DNA of 64,000 nt from Eledone cirrhosa (lineage: Eukaryota): contig OZ024743.1 in assembly GCA_964016885.1 (NCBI GenBank), positions 70,308,001-70,372,000 of the forward strand, written 5' to 3'. Made by a program: the position numbers and the translations under genes. Below, piece after piece: positions 37,178 through 53,700 of the stretch. A model generated the notes under the pieces. That model worked only from the letters and a program-made list of their open reading frames with translations. It was not told the origin of the DNA and did no database searches. Each line of letters begins with the position of its first letter. Positions within the stretch are counted from its first letter, which is position 1.

Positions 37178-37239
37178 GTATGTGTATTATGGCTGCATAT
37201 CTACACGTATTTATATATACATATATATACATATTACAC

Positions 37240-37330
<91 letters not shown>

Positions 37331-38189
37331 CGTGTGTGCGTGTGTGTATTATGTGAGTATATATATATATATGTATTGACTGGAAATGAGTATGTATACA
37401 ATGGTTATATGTCGGCTTTATAATCTATAATCGCACCTCTTGTTCTTGTTCTTGTTATTGTCTTTTTGTTGTTTTTATTTTGTTATTTTGTTTTACTTAG
37501 TTGTTTACTAAAATGTCACTACTACACTACTATATATAATTCTACATCACTTTTAGAATTTCAAGTATATTGTCTCCTCCATAAATGAACCGACGGCGGA
37601 CAATATACAATCTACAATGAAATTCTAATGTATAATTTATCGAAGCTGTTATGATGATTAATCTGGAAAACAAAGACCGAGCCATTGAGTCTAAAGCGAT
37701 AGAAAGTTTGCTTCCTTAACAAAAGGAGAAAAAGAGATGTGAAAAAAATTGCCAATTATAAATCTACTTCACATTGTTTAAGATAGATTTTTACAACGAA
37801 AATGTCTTGCTAAAAGAACAAATTTAAATCTATCTTCTAAAACAAGATGTACAATGCCGAAAGCTAAACACTACGTGAACAAGCCACGTGGTATACTTTC
37901 TCAAGTAGCCATTATTGATGTCACTTAGTTGTTGTTGACAGGGGATTGGATGGTGAGGACGGAGTTGGGCGGGAATGTAGTTCATTTGAAATACTGAACT
38001 AAATGTCTTTCGGTGTTCAGTTATGATCCATATAAAGTTCAAGTTTGAAGGTGTGTAGAATAATCGTTAAACTTTTCGGTTCATGATAGTAAGAGTGAAC
38101 ACATGGTAGCTCGTTGTGTCCTGAACAAAACACTTTCTTCCGGTACTCAATTATGATCCATGTCTAGCTCAATACGAAGGCAGATGTCC

Positions 38190-38415
38190 TTTGGGTTAGT
38201 ATGTTCGACTGACGATCGTAAGGTTCCGAGTTCAACTCTCGGTGGCACGTTGTGTTCTTGAGCGAAGATGTTTATTTCCTGTTGCAGTGATCCACTCACT
38301 CTATCACGTTGAATTTCTCTGAGAACTACGTTAAGAATACACGTATATGTGGAATGCTGACCCATTTACACGTTAATTTAACGAGCATGTGATTGCTTTG
38401 TTGAACCGACGGACG
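38190..38415 (+). mobile_element. tRNA-derived SINE, second family, diverged
   Basis: ggttagtatgttcgactgacgatcgtaaggttccgagttcaactc head followed by a gttgtgttcttgagc.aga block. Confidence 0.55.
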
Positions 38416-38789
38416 TACAACACACACACAGCTACACACACATACACGCACACAAAGTTCAAGTACTGAGCAAATTAACCCTTTCATGACCGCATTTCTA
38501 AAGAAACACACTCTAGTGTAATTAATTAATGGAGAATTTCGAGAGATTTACTAAAATTATTAATTATGTCATTACTAAGATAATAACTTTATGTAAGTTT
38601 ATAATATAAAATTATGTTGGAAGATTTTAATTTAAATAGAACAACTGTAGTGATTTTTCATATTGTTGATTAGACCATATCGATCATAATCCAACAGATT
38701 TGTAGTCACAGCTTTCCTTTGAGTGTATTATATATGAGCAGGCATATTATCCAAATAGTTTGTATTTAAAGAAAAGAAAAAGAATAGAC

Positions 38790-39005
38790 AGATTTTACCA
38801 GCAGAAGATCCAGAGGTAGACCCTGAGCAAGATTGTTTGATAACATACATGAGCCGGGCTGGTCTCGCTTGGGGATCCAGCCGGATAAGTTGGAGACAGT
38901 TGCTTCTGACAGGACCCACAGGAAAGTGTAATTGAGGACTCTGCCCCCCCCCCCCCCCACGACCCTCTCAAGAAGAAGAAGAAGAAGAAGAAGAAGAAGA
39001 AGAAA
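38790..39005 (+). mobile_element. 3' remnant of an RTE-clade LINE with a (GAA)n tail
   Basis: Translates as RRSRGRP*ARLFDNI...WSRLGIQPDKLETVASDR...LRTLPP..RP. Confidence 0.7.
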
Positions 39006-39547
39006 AGATTCTAGGACCACATCACCAGAGAGAGACAGAGGCAGAGACAGAAACTGACAGACAGATGAATGAACTCTAATGTGTCTTTCTCTGTGTTTTA
39101 GAAAGCCTTAATATGTATCATCAATGGTGCATCGAACAAAATATCTTGTAATATTTAGTTACTTGCTTCATTTCCGTTCAAATTTCATTTCTAACGAACT
39201 GCCATTTTTTTTCAGCACTCTAAAGAAGTTTTAGTGTTGACAAAATATTTAACAAATATGTATCAGGATTGATTTAATAGAATTTATATGGAATTCATAT
39301 TTCTGTGACTAATTTCTAGTTTTCTTCCAAATGTTAATATCAATAATTGTATCAACAGTATTCATCAGGAATTGTTACAATTCGAGCTGAGCTGGCCACC
39401 GCCGTTGACTGTGTAACTCACTCTCTTTCTGTTAAGCCTGAAACTAATACGATAATGCGACTTCATGTTAATGTTCCACTTCATTGTTGATTTCTCATTT
39501 TATATATATATATTTGTAGTTAGTATTTTTTATATAGATTATATATA

Positions 39548-40170
39548 TGTTCATAGTTAGTATTTTTTTCACCCTAGCGAATCTGGTCCCTTACGATTTG
39601 AACACATATATGTATATATCTGTGTTTATCTCTCTTTTATATTCAATTATATTACACGGCCCGTAAAAATATCTTTCCTTGGGCTATTTAATTGTAACAG
39701 ACTATTTGGAGTTTCTAACTCAATATATACCCTTGATATATTCGGCTCCTTGAATTTGTTGAGCTAATTTAAATGTCGTGTAAACTTGGCTGCTATTTTT
39801 AGTAGTATACGTTTATGAGACACGCTAGGTTCTGATGCCATGTGCGTTATTTTATATACGCACAGTATTCAGTCTTCTGAGATACTTCGAAGAGAAGAGT
39901 TTACTAATTTTACACTCACTGGTGAGCAAAAGAATTGGTAATTCCCTTCGCTAAAATTGCGAAACAGCCATATCAAAAGCTATCGGGGTGTTTGGCAGTT
40001 GCCCCAATATAGGTTTATATTTCTTTTCTTGATTTATTCTTTTAAATTGAGTCTGGCAAACCCTATTGTTCATAGTTAGTATTTTATTCACCCTAGCGAA
40101 TCTGGTCCCTTACGATTTGAACACATATATGTATATATCTATGTTTATCTCTCTTTTATATTCAATTATA
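39548..40170 (+). mobile_element. Non-coding unit with direct terminal repeats of about 100 bp (period about 519 bp) and a degenerate HHR-like motif near 39914-39970
   Basis: 39548-39650 is nearly identical to 40067-40170. Motif: CTGGTGA gcaa...ttgc GAAA C. TA-rich flanks. Confidence 0.65.
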
Positions 40171-40197
40171 TATGTATGTATATATATATATAAATAT

Positions 40198-41429
<1,232 letters not shown>

Positions 41430-42104
41430 AGGACAATTTTAAATGAGGGGTCATATATTCTAAACCATTCATGCAATTTCTTTGAAATTTTTTACAGAGC
41501 TTCTCCTTGCACTATACCTGTACATCAACACTCGATATTGGAGCCTTTGGAGATAATAAAAAATTTCGGTTATTTGTGTGAATTTTCGTGATTAATTAAG
41601 ACAAGAGTTATCTTTCGTAATTCGGCTTATTCGGATTTTAATTACTCTTTGTACTTGAAACAAAAGGTACGCTTCCTTGAGACTAACAATATCATTTTGT
41701 ATATTTCACAACCAGCAATTTCTAACAGATTACTAAGTTAAATTATAGATTTGACATTGTATAATTTATCGTTTCAAGCTTGATGTTCATACATTAAGTG
41801 ATGTCATAACTTTTACAATATTATGCTTTGTACATAATAGTGTCTATTATTCACTTCACTTCTATATTTCATGACGCGCTTTTACTATTGTCAAAAAAAT
41901 TTATACCTAGACTGGATTTCTGTTGGTACATGGTATAACGGATGACACCGAGCTCACATATTAATTATTTCGCTGGAATAGTGCCTAAGGTGTTCATGTT
42001 TACATAAAGTACGTTTTTCTTCTATGTATTCAAATTTATTTTGTTTAGTTTAATGAACTACTTCAAAAGCTACTTGAACCGTCCAAAGGACGGATAGTTT
42101 AGCT

Positions 42105-42170
<66 letters not shown>

Positions 42171-42321
42171 GTTATGCTTTGGGAGGGTGATGTTGCCAAT
42201 AAGAAACACACGCACCAGTAGCTTTCACTTCAATTTATTATAAATTAAATTTATAAATTTAGGATATTATAAATTTCCGATTCGTTGGTTGGTTCCACAA
42301 CCAGACAATTGTTCATATATT

Positions 42322-42364
42322 GTCAAAGTTCTTTCGTCATACTTTCTGTGACCTCTTCAGTGAC
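42322..42364 (-). ncRNA. Minimal type I hammerhead ribozyme, sense to the PLE ORF
   Basis: Minus strand: gtca CTGAAGA g gtcaca-gaaag-tatgac GAAA gaac TT tgac. Confidence 0.8.
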
Positions 42365-42539
42365 TGGGATTCAATTCTTTGTTTTTGTACCTATCATTTG
42401 TTCTGTCCTACGCCATCTTAGTTTGCGCATGTGTTACATCCGGGTGTCTCTGTGTGTTTATATTTGTTTATTTATTTGTTTATTTACATGTTACTGGTTG
42501 GTTGTTTGTTCTATGTGTGTGTGTGTTTTCATTTTGTCC

Positions 42540-44690
42540 TTAATTGTAAGTTGTGATGTTGCTATTCCATTCGTGTTTTCTATTTAATTTTGTTTGGAGT
42601 TCATTTATGTTTATTGCCTCTGTGATGTATCTAAACATTGCGTCTTTTCTGTGTGCAGATTCTATTTTTATTTCTATGTTCTCTAATTTACCCTTATGTT
42701 CTATTTGAGCATGTTGGTGGAGTACAGATGATTCTTTGCTATCTTGAAGCTCTCGCCAGTGTTCATTTATCTGTTCTCCTATACTACGAGCTGTCTGACC
42801 TATGTACACTATATTCTTATCTCTACTTTGTCCTTCAGTACATCTTATGCTATATACTACATTTCTAGTTTTACAGTTAATATGGGGCTTAGTTTACAGA
42901 TTATACCTTTCTTATCTATGCAGGGAGGTCTTTGAAAAGGGTATGTATTGTTAATAAGTGTTTTTATGGAGGTACCTGGTCTTTCTACTATCTTAATATT
43001 GAGTTTATGTTTATCTAGGGCCCTTCTAAATTTGTAAGCTAATTCACCTCTAGGGGTTGTATTGATGAACATTATACTCTGGTATTTATTGCTGTCATAC
43101 CATGAGTTTATTCTATTAGCCTTGTTCCTAGTTCTTTCTATTCTATTCCAAAATTTGCTCCTATACAAGGGGCAGGTCCCATTTATGTCATTATTTACCA
43201 TTTTTTCCCATTTGGTTCTGGCTCCTCTATACACTCTGATTTTATCTCTCTGATTGTAGCCAGAGAACTGCATTCGGTGGATGAAGTGTTGTATGTGTCT
43301 CTCTAGTTCTTCGGGGTTGCACATGCGGGACACGTTTCTCATCACCCGTACCAAATCTGCAATCAGTATGTTGATTTTGGTATGGTCCGAAACAGCTGAG
43401 TTTCGGTGGATCAGATATTTGGAAGTCATGGGTTTGGCATAATGGGAATGGGGGATTTGTTTTTTGTTATTAATGGTATCTAACCAGAGCTCTGTGTCTA
43501 GTACAGGTAATCGATGGTTGGGGTGTTTGCTTGAGTAGTCTATAGTAACTCTAATACTCTTGTGGATGGTGTTAGCTATTTGCTGGATACTTTCCATGGT
43601 GTTTTTCTCTAATTCCTGACTGTTCTCTAGTGGGGGTGTTTTTACTACGATGTTTATATCATCAACGTAGCGGGAGTACATTATCAGGGTTAAGAGGTTG
43701 CTGTCTTCTAATTGTTCTTTAAGTTTAAGTTTAAGTAAATTGTCCAACCATACCATGAATAGGTTAGCTATGTCACCTGCAATGCTAACACCAATGGCTG
43801 CTCCCTCCTCTTGGACATATGTTTTTCCATTAAATTTGAACATATGTTCCTTAAGGGTTAATTTTATACTGGCCCCCACCGCATGTGCAATCATTTTCTT
43901 TAGTTCATCGTGGTTTTCGGGGGTCCGTATGGCTCTGGTCCACCCGTTCCATCTATCTGTGTGGGTTTTCTTGGCCATTGAAGTAATGGTAGGTGGTCTG
44001 CCTCTTGCTGGTCTTGTAGGGCACAGGTTGCTAAGGTCATATGTATCTAGATAATCATTACTATAGGTAAGTTTAAGTAGGAGTCCCAGCTCACTGGTAT
44101 CAATCCCACGAAATTCAACATTGCTCTCACTGATCATTTCTACTCATTTCTCCACAGCAAAATCCACGTCAATAGATGGATATAAGGACACAACATCCAT
44201 ACTACCTATTATGCAGTTTGTTAGGTCCCTAGATCGGTTACTTTCGCTGATTCTGCTGAGGAGGTCCTCCGTGCTGTCACATATATCTGGGGATATTTCA
44301 ATGATGGGTCGTATGATCAGGGAGAGGAAGTAGGAAAGTCTGTAGTTACTAGCAATGTTAGCTCCACAGACTGGCCGTGTTGGTGGTCCTGTGACAGGGT
44401 CACTGCTCGTTTTATGGTCTTTTCGAAGCCCATACAACGCTGGCACGTCATTGATCCAGGCCTGGAAGTTGTTGGCAGTCCTTTTGTTGGGCTGCATTAT
44501 GTTTGTCCACATCATCATATGGGCATTGAGAGTTTTTTCCCTATCCTCATGCTCTTGTGGTGTTACTTCTCTTGTGTTAGTGATGTGGGGTTGCATTGCC
44601 TGGATGTAGTTTGACACACTGTCAACCGACATTCTGCCAGACTTGTCTGTTGGAAAGCATGCAATCTCTCCATTACGCGAGCGCTGCATG
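42540..44690 (-). pseudogene. PLE RT plus GIY-YIG, 5'-truncated, with in-frame TGA at 44144-44146 and a frameshift near 42885
   Basis: PTDKSG, PALYGLRKDHK, RPVCGA, GSMDVVSLYPSID, YVQEEGAAIG, YSRYVDDI, LPVLD, HYAKPM, MQFSGY, NCKTRNVVYSIRC, YIGQTARSIGEQINEH. Confidence 0.88.
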
Positions 44691-44731
44691 AGCTTAAAGG
44701 AGAGGCACAAAAACAAAGAAAAGAATCCCCA

Positions 44732-44773
44732 GTCACTGAAGAGGTCACAGAATGTGTGACGAAAGAATTTGAC
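44732..44773 (+). ncRNA. Minimal type I hammerhead ribozyme in the inverted pLTR
   Basis: gtca CTGAAGA g gtcaca-gaatg-tgtgac GAAA gaa TT tgac. Confidence 0.75.
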
Positions 44774-44983
44774 AATATATGAACAATCGTCTGGTTGTGG
44801 AACCAACCAACCAACCGGAAATTTATAAATTCCTAAATTTATAAATTTAATTTATAATAAATTGAAGTGAAAGCAACTGGTGCGAGTGTATCTTATTGGC
44901 AACATGACCATCCCAAAGCATAACAATATGGGTTTCAACACACGTTTTCAGATAAAGAATCTTGCTAAACAAATTCAGAAACG

Positions 44984-45026
<43 letters not shown>

Positions 45027-45055
45027 ATATATGTATGTATAGATATATTAGATAT

Positions 45056-45104
<49 letters not shown>

Positions 45105-45109
<5 letters not shown>

Positions 45110-45338
45110 ATACTTTGGGAGGGTCATATTGCCAATAAGAAACACACGCACCATTGGCTTTCACTTCAATTTATTATAAATTTCCGTTTGGTTGGTTGGT
45201 TGGTTGGTTGGTTGGTTGGTTGGTTGGTCCATATATTGTCAAAGTTCCTTCGTCACACATTCTGTGACCGCTTCAGTGACTGCGGATTTTTTTCTTTGTT
45301 TTGAGCCTCTCTTTTGTTCTGTCCTACGCCATCTTGAT
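45105..45338 (-). mobile_element. Further solo 3' end of the same PLE family, with a degenerate HHR at 45238-45280
   Basis: Matches 42170-42420 and has an expanded (TTGG)n. Confidence 0.85.
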
Positions 45339-45607
45339 TTTGTGTGTCATACAAAAACAAGAAATCAAATGTGCTAGAAGTCAAAAGTGGTGTGAGTGGA
45401 TTGGCTAGAAACAATAGCCTTAATAAACCTAACATATAAGCTCACCTAATATATATATTACTGTCACATGAATTTACTTGTGCTGTCATCCTGTCTTCAT
45501 CTCTTCTAGCTTTTCCTTGATCATTAATCCCATCTTTTCTTTACCACACTCACGTTTACCGATTTCTGACACGCACACACACACACACCCGCTAGAGTGT
45601 GTGTGCG

Positions 45608-45680
<73 letters not shown>

Positions 45681-45918
45681 TGAAAGATATGTAAATATGT
45701 ATGTATATATATATATATATATAAATATGTATGTATATAACGAAGGAAATGTGGTAAGGAACCAGGTGGACCATAACGCACCAAAGTACTCAATACTTGA
45801 GGTAGTAGAGTGGGTAATAGGAACAAGTAAGACCCCGACAGCTGAGCTCAAGCCGTTTCGACGGCTAATTCTGGACGCAGAATATGTATGTATATATATA
45901 TATATATATATATTTATA

Positions 45919-46525
45919 TGTCAGGTCACCACTTGGTGCTACTGGTAACATGTATCCCAGTACAACCTGTCTCATGGTCGGGTCGTTGGCGACTAAACTG
46001 GCAACCCCACCAAGGTTTCTTGGTGAGGAGGGTGACTTTGGACATCCTGCAGGACTAAAAACAAAACCTGTCAAAGGGCAAAGGAGCTCTTAAGAGTCAA
46101 TGGCCATCCAAAATCACTGGGAGAGATGACCCCTTAGCCTTTGTCAAGGCAGAATTCTAGGAGAAGGAAAACTCTGATATAACACCTGCAACCCTGATGG
46201 TATCCAATGATGTTGACTTGTTCTTCTTTTTGGTAAATATCATCTTGGTTAAGAGAGTGGGACTGGCTTTGTGCAGTGCCTTTGCTCACTATAAAAGCTT
46301 CACGGCACAGGCATTGCTTTATATCTGGAGATCTCTCTGAACTTGCCGTCACATGGTACCATGGGCCCAGCACTATGTGTCAATAATTGTCACAAGTGTA
46401 GTGTTTGTACCAGAGTTTTCAAGTCGCTGGCTGGACTAAAAAGTCACACTCGTTCAGCGCATCGGTAGGGGTTCTCCTACATGGATATAAAGTAGTGGCC
46501 GCCACTACTGCCGAGTTGGCAGCCA

Positions 46526-46530
<5 letters not shown>
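45919..46530 (+). mobile_element. Longer copy (about 610 bp) of the non-autonomous RTE derivative, in (TA)n
   Basis: Homologous to 18561-19013 with about 160 bp of extra 5' sequence and the same C2H2 remnant. Confidence 0.7.
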
Positions 46531-46571
<41 letters not shown>

Positions 46572-46644
46572 TCTCAAGCGTGTGTGTGTATGCGTGTCAG
46601 AATATATATATATTGTCTGTATATATATATATTATATATATGTA

Positions 46645-46699
<55 letters not shown>

Positions 46700-46920
46700 T
46701 GTGTGTATTATATATATATTTATTTATTTATATTTATATATATATATATAAATCTAGATATATATATTTAACTCCTTCAGATATTTATATGTAAATAAAA
46801 TTTTTATTTACAACTATCTGAAGACATATGCCGTGTGTACGTGTAAAAAACCATTAGCAATGCAGGAAGAAGTCTTATACATACACACACACACACACAC
46901 GCACATACACACACGCAGGG

Positions 46921-47035
<115 letters not shown>

Positions 47036-47269
47036 ATTCGCACAATAAAAGCAATTTACGTTATGTCAGAGTTGGAGTTTCAACATTGGTTTTATTCTTA
47101 CATATCTAAAGCATCCGTATGTTCCAAAGGTCACTATAATTGTAATTGTTGTTGATGTTACATCTCAGACCTATGAAGATTTATCTGGCCTCCTACGAGG
47201 TTATATCTCAGCGGAGGTATTTGATTTGACTAGAGTGTTGATAGCGACGCCGGTCCTATAATGAAGGAG

Positions 47270-47432
47270 TACCCTCTCAGCACCGGACGTTAGTCTGTTG
47301 GAGAGGTTAATAATGCTCAGCTACTGTTGGTACTCATTTTTTTAGCTTAGTAGAGTGGAATAAGATGAAATGAAGTGTCTTGCTGAAGGACACAATGCGA
47401 AATCCAGGCCAGGAATCAAACATATGATCCTT
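47270..47432 (-). mobile_element. Diverged tRNA-derived SINE
   Basis: Minus strand: gtttgattcctggcc...ttgtgtccttcagcaagacacttcatttca...aaatgagtacc. Confidence 0.55.
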
Positions 47433-48411
47433 AAACTCTCTAAGGTCCTGAGGGTCGGTATACCTGAGTTAGGCAGTGGGGTAAAGTCCCATTGGCCTAC
47501 AAAATGGCTCAAATAGGTTGTGTTTATCACTTCTGTCGGCCAAACTCCCTTCCACGTGTCCCGCTCAGGGCAGTGGCTCCATCAAATTGGGTTGCGTGTG
47601 AAAGCGAGTTCTCGGCTCTATAACCGATGCAATGTTTGGATTGCTCTATCCTAAAAGGCATATACCTGTGGCTGAGCACCGCTTGTGAAACCAATCACCA
47701 GAAGAAACTACATTGAAATGAAAAGAAACTACATTGAAATGAACTTACACCATGAATTCCTTTTGATGGAGCCGGCTTATCCCACCCTGGGTGAACGTCG
47801 CCTCAAATACGAATAAAGCTCGTAGACTACGGACCTTCACAGCCTGCAATGTTTGACTATAACTGACGTATCTTACAGCTACAGATTATCTTCCCATCTT
47901 TTCAAACACTTTTAATGCCGTCGGCTACCATAATGATAACAACATCATCATTCGGCCACAAAACCTGGTGCCGCCACGACCACTGCTGCCACCACCGCCA
48001 CCGCTGCCACCACCACGACCACCGCCATTACCACCCCACCACCGCCACCACCACCACCACCATCACCACCTCCAGCACCACCACTATCACCACTACCACC
48101 ACCACCAGCACCACCACTCCCAGCACCACCACTGCTGCGACCACCATCACCACCACCACCACCACCACCAACACCACTGCCGCCACCACCACATGAAACA
48201 CAGAGAACCGGAAGATGACTAAATAGCTAGGAACTGATTGACTGATTCTGTTTGTGTCGGTCGTCATGGAGATATGAGATGGCCTCACTACTCGGATTAA
48301 CGTTTTCCTCCACCATATAAGAGTTTCTGATTTAGGCACAAAGCCAACAATTGGGGTGGTAGAGGAAAGTCGATTAAATCGACCCTAGTGTGTTTCTGGT
48401 ACTTTAATCAT

Positions 48412-48540
48412 CCGCCAGATAATGAGGATAATATCTCGTCTGAGAAGTGAGCTCAGAAAAGTGGTAGAATGGCTTATGCAGCAGGTATCGCTGGCTATTC
48501 TCCATGAGTAATGTTTCCCGTATTTTCTGTGGCCTGAGAT
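48412..48540 (+). mobile_element. Possible C-terminal remnant of a CRE-like (restriction-like endonuclease) non-LTR element
   Basis: Translates as ...VEWLMQQVSLAIL.(fs)SNVSRI, resembling the QRLSxAIQRGNA motif. Weak. Confidence 0.3.
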
Positions 48541-48768
48541 ATACAGTCCAAACATGGCTGTAGAGTTCCCTTCCACTTCCCCACCGCCGCCACAACATCT
48601 TTTTCAGTTTTGTTTTATTTTATTTTTATGTTATTTTTTTATTTCACATTTTTATCTCAAATCCTACTGTTCGTCTTTCCAGGGTCGATAAATAAAGTAC
48701 AAGTACTTGGTTGATATAATCAATTTGACCTTCACCACAAATCGCTGATATGCTGTGCCGAAATTAAA

Positions 48769-50620
<1,852 letters not shown>

Positions 50621-50732
50621 ACATCAGCAAAACCTGAGCTAACACCTCAATGTTTCATCTCGGTAAAATAGAAATAAAAATCTCGAGATTTACTATGTTG
50701 GCAGAACCATTATTGGAAGAACTGCTCGCAGA

Positions 50733-53700
50733 CATCACCATCACCAGCACCATCACCAGCACCATCACCATCACCAGCACCATCACCATCACCATGACCG
50801 CCGCCATCTCCATCATCATCACCATCACCATGAACACCGCCATCTCCATCACCATCGCCATCACCTTCACCATCGCCATCTTCATCACCTTCATCATCAC
50901 GATCACCATAAACATCACGATCACCATTACCAGCACCATCACCATCACCATGACCGCCGCCATCACCATCACCATCACCTTCACCATCGCCATCATCATC
51001 ACCTTCATCATCACGATCACCATCACCAGCACCATCACCATCACCATAACCGCCGCCATCTCCATCACCATCACCATCACCTTCGCCATCGCCATCATCA
51101 TCACCTTCATCATCACGATCACCATAAACATCACGATCACCATTACCAGCACCATCACCATCACCATGACCGTCGCCATCTCCATCACCATCACCATCAC
51201 CTTCGCCATCGCCATCATCATCACATTTATCATCACGATCACCATAAACATCACGATCACCATAAACATCACGATCACCATCACCAGAACCATCACCATC
51301 ACCATGACCACCACCATCTCCATCATCATCACCATCACCTTCACCATCGCCATCATCATCACCTTCATCATCACGATCACCATAAACATCACGATCACCA
51401 TCACCATCACCAGCACCATCACCATCACCATGACCGCCGCCATCTCCATCACCATCACCATCACCTTCACCATCGCCATCATCATCAACTTCATCATCAC
51501 GATCACCATAAACATCACGATCACCATCACCAGCACCATCACCATCACCATGACCGCCGCCATCACTATCGCCATGACCGCCATCTTCACCATCACCTGC
51601 ACCATCACTATCACCATGTCCGCCGCCATCTCAAACCACCATCACCTTCACCTTCATCATCACCAGCAACATAAACATCACGATCACCATCACAATGACC
51701 ATCATCATCACCATCGTAATGTTGATCGTGATGGTGATCATCACCATCACCTTCAACATCAAGAGCACCATCACCATCACCACCAACAACAACACCATCA
51801 CCACCAACAACAGCACCATCACCATCAACAACAACACCATCACCATCAACAACACCATCACCATCACCACAAACAACAGCACCATCACCATCAACAACAA
51901 CACCATCACCATCACCACCAACAACAACACCATCACCACCAACTACACCATCACCATCATCACCATCAACAACACCATCACCATTAACAACACCATCACC
52001 ATCACCACCAACAAGACTATCACCATCAACAACACCATCACCATCACCACCAATACCATCACCATCACCACCAACAACAACACCATCACCACCAATAGCA
52101 CCATCACTGTCACCACCATCACAATCACCATCAACAACACCATCACCATCACCATCAACAACAACACCATCACCACCAGCACCATCGCCATCCCCACCAA
52201 CAACAGCACCATCATACCATCAACAAAACCATCACCATCACCACCAACAACACCATCACCATCACCATCAACAACACCATCACCATCGCCACCAACAACA
52301 GCACCATCACCACCACCAACACCATCACCATCACCACCAACAACAACACCATCACCACCAACAACACCATCACCATCACCACCAACAACAACACCATCAC
52401 CACCAACAACACCATCACCATCACCACCAATAACACCATCACCATCACCATCAACAACACCATTACCATCGCCACCAACAACAGCACCATCACCACCACC
52501 AACAACACTATCACCATCACCATCAACAACACCATCACCATCACCACCAACAACAACACCATCACCTCCAACAACACCATCACCATCACCACCAACAACA
52601 GCACCATCACCATCAACAACACCATCACCACCAACACCAACATACCATCACCACAAACAACAGCACCATCACCATCACCATCAACAACACCATCACCATC
52701 AACACCATCAATACCATCACCACCAACAACACCATCACCATCATCACCAACAACACCATCACCATTAACAACACCATCACCATCACCATCAACAACACCA
52801 TCACCATCACCACCAACAACAGAACCATCACCATCAACAACACCATCACCATCACCATCAACAACACCATCACCATCACCACCAACACCATCCCCATCAC
52901 CATCAACAACACCATCACCATCACCATCAACAACAACACCATCACCACCAGCATCATCGCCATCGCCACCAACAACAGCACCATCATACCATCAACAAAA
53001 CCATCACCATCACCACCAACAACACCATCACCATCACCATCAACAACACCATCACCATCGCCACCAACAACAGCACCATCACACCCAACAACAACACCAT
53101 CACCACCAACAACACCATCACCATCACCACCAACAACAACACCATCACCACCAACAACACCATCAACATCACCACCAACAACACCATCACCATCACCATC
53201 AACAACACCATTACCATCGCCACCAACAACAGCACCATCACCACCACCAACAACACCATCACCATCACCATCAACAACACCATCACCATCACCATCAACA
53301 GCACCATCACCACCAACAACAACACCATCACCACCAACAACACCATCACCATCACCACCAACAACAGCACCATCACCATCAACAAAACCATCACCATCAC
53401 CACCAACACCATCACCATCAACAATGCCATCACCATCACCATCAACAACACTATCACCATCACCACCAACACTATCACCATCACCACCAACAACAACACC
53501 ATCACCATCACCACCAACAACAACACCATCACCACCAACAACACCATCACCATCACCACCAACAACACCATCACCATCACCACCAACAACACTATCACCA
53601 TCACGACCAACACCATCACCATCACCACCAACAACACCATCACCATCACCACCAACAACACCATCACCACCAACAACACCATCCCCATCACCACCAACAA

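Larger units (their letters stand above)
42166..44985 (-). mobile_element. Penelope-like element with inverted terminal repeats of about 270 bp, in (TA)n
   Basis: 42166-42400 mirrors 44700-44935. HHRs at 42322-42364 (-) and 44732-44773 (+). RT plus GIY-YIG in between. Confidence 0.92.

Noticed and set aside
42050-42108. GAA ccgtcc-aaa-ggacgg stem before (TA)n, resembling an HHR helix III
   Set aside because: No CTGANGA core or helix II was found upstream.
46766-46850. Hairpin with CTGAAGA inside a TA island
   Set aside because: GAAA and helix III are not recognisable, so it is too decayed to call an HHR.
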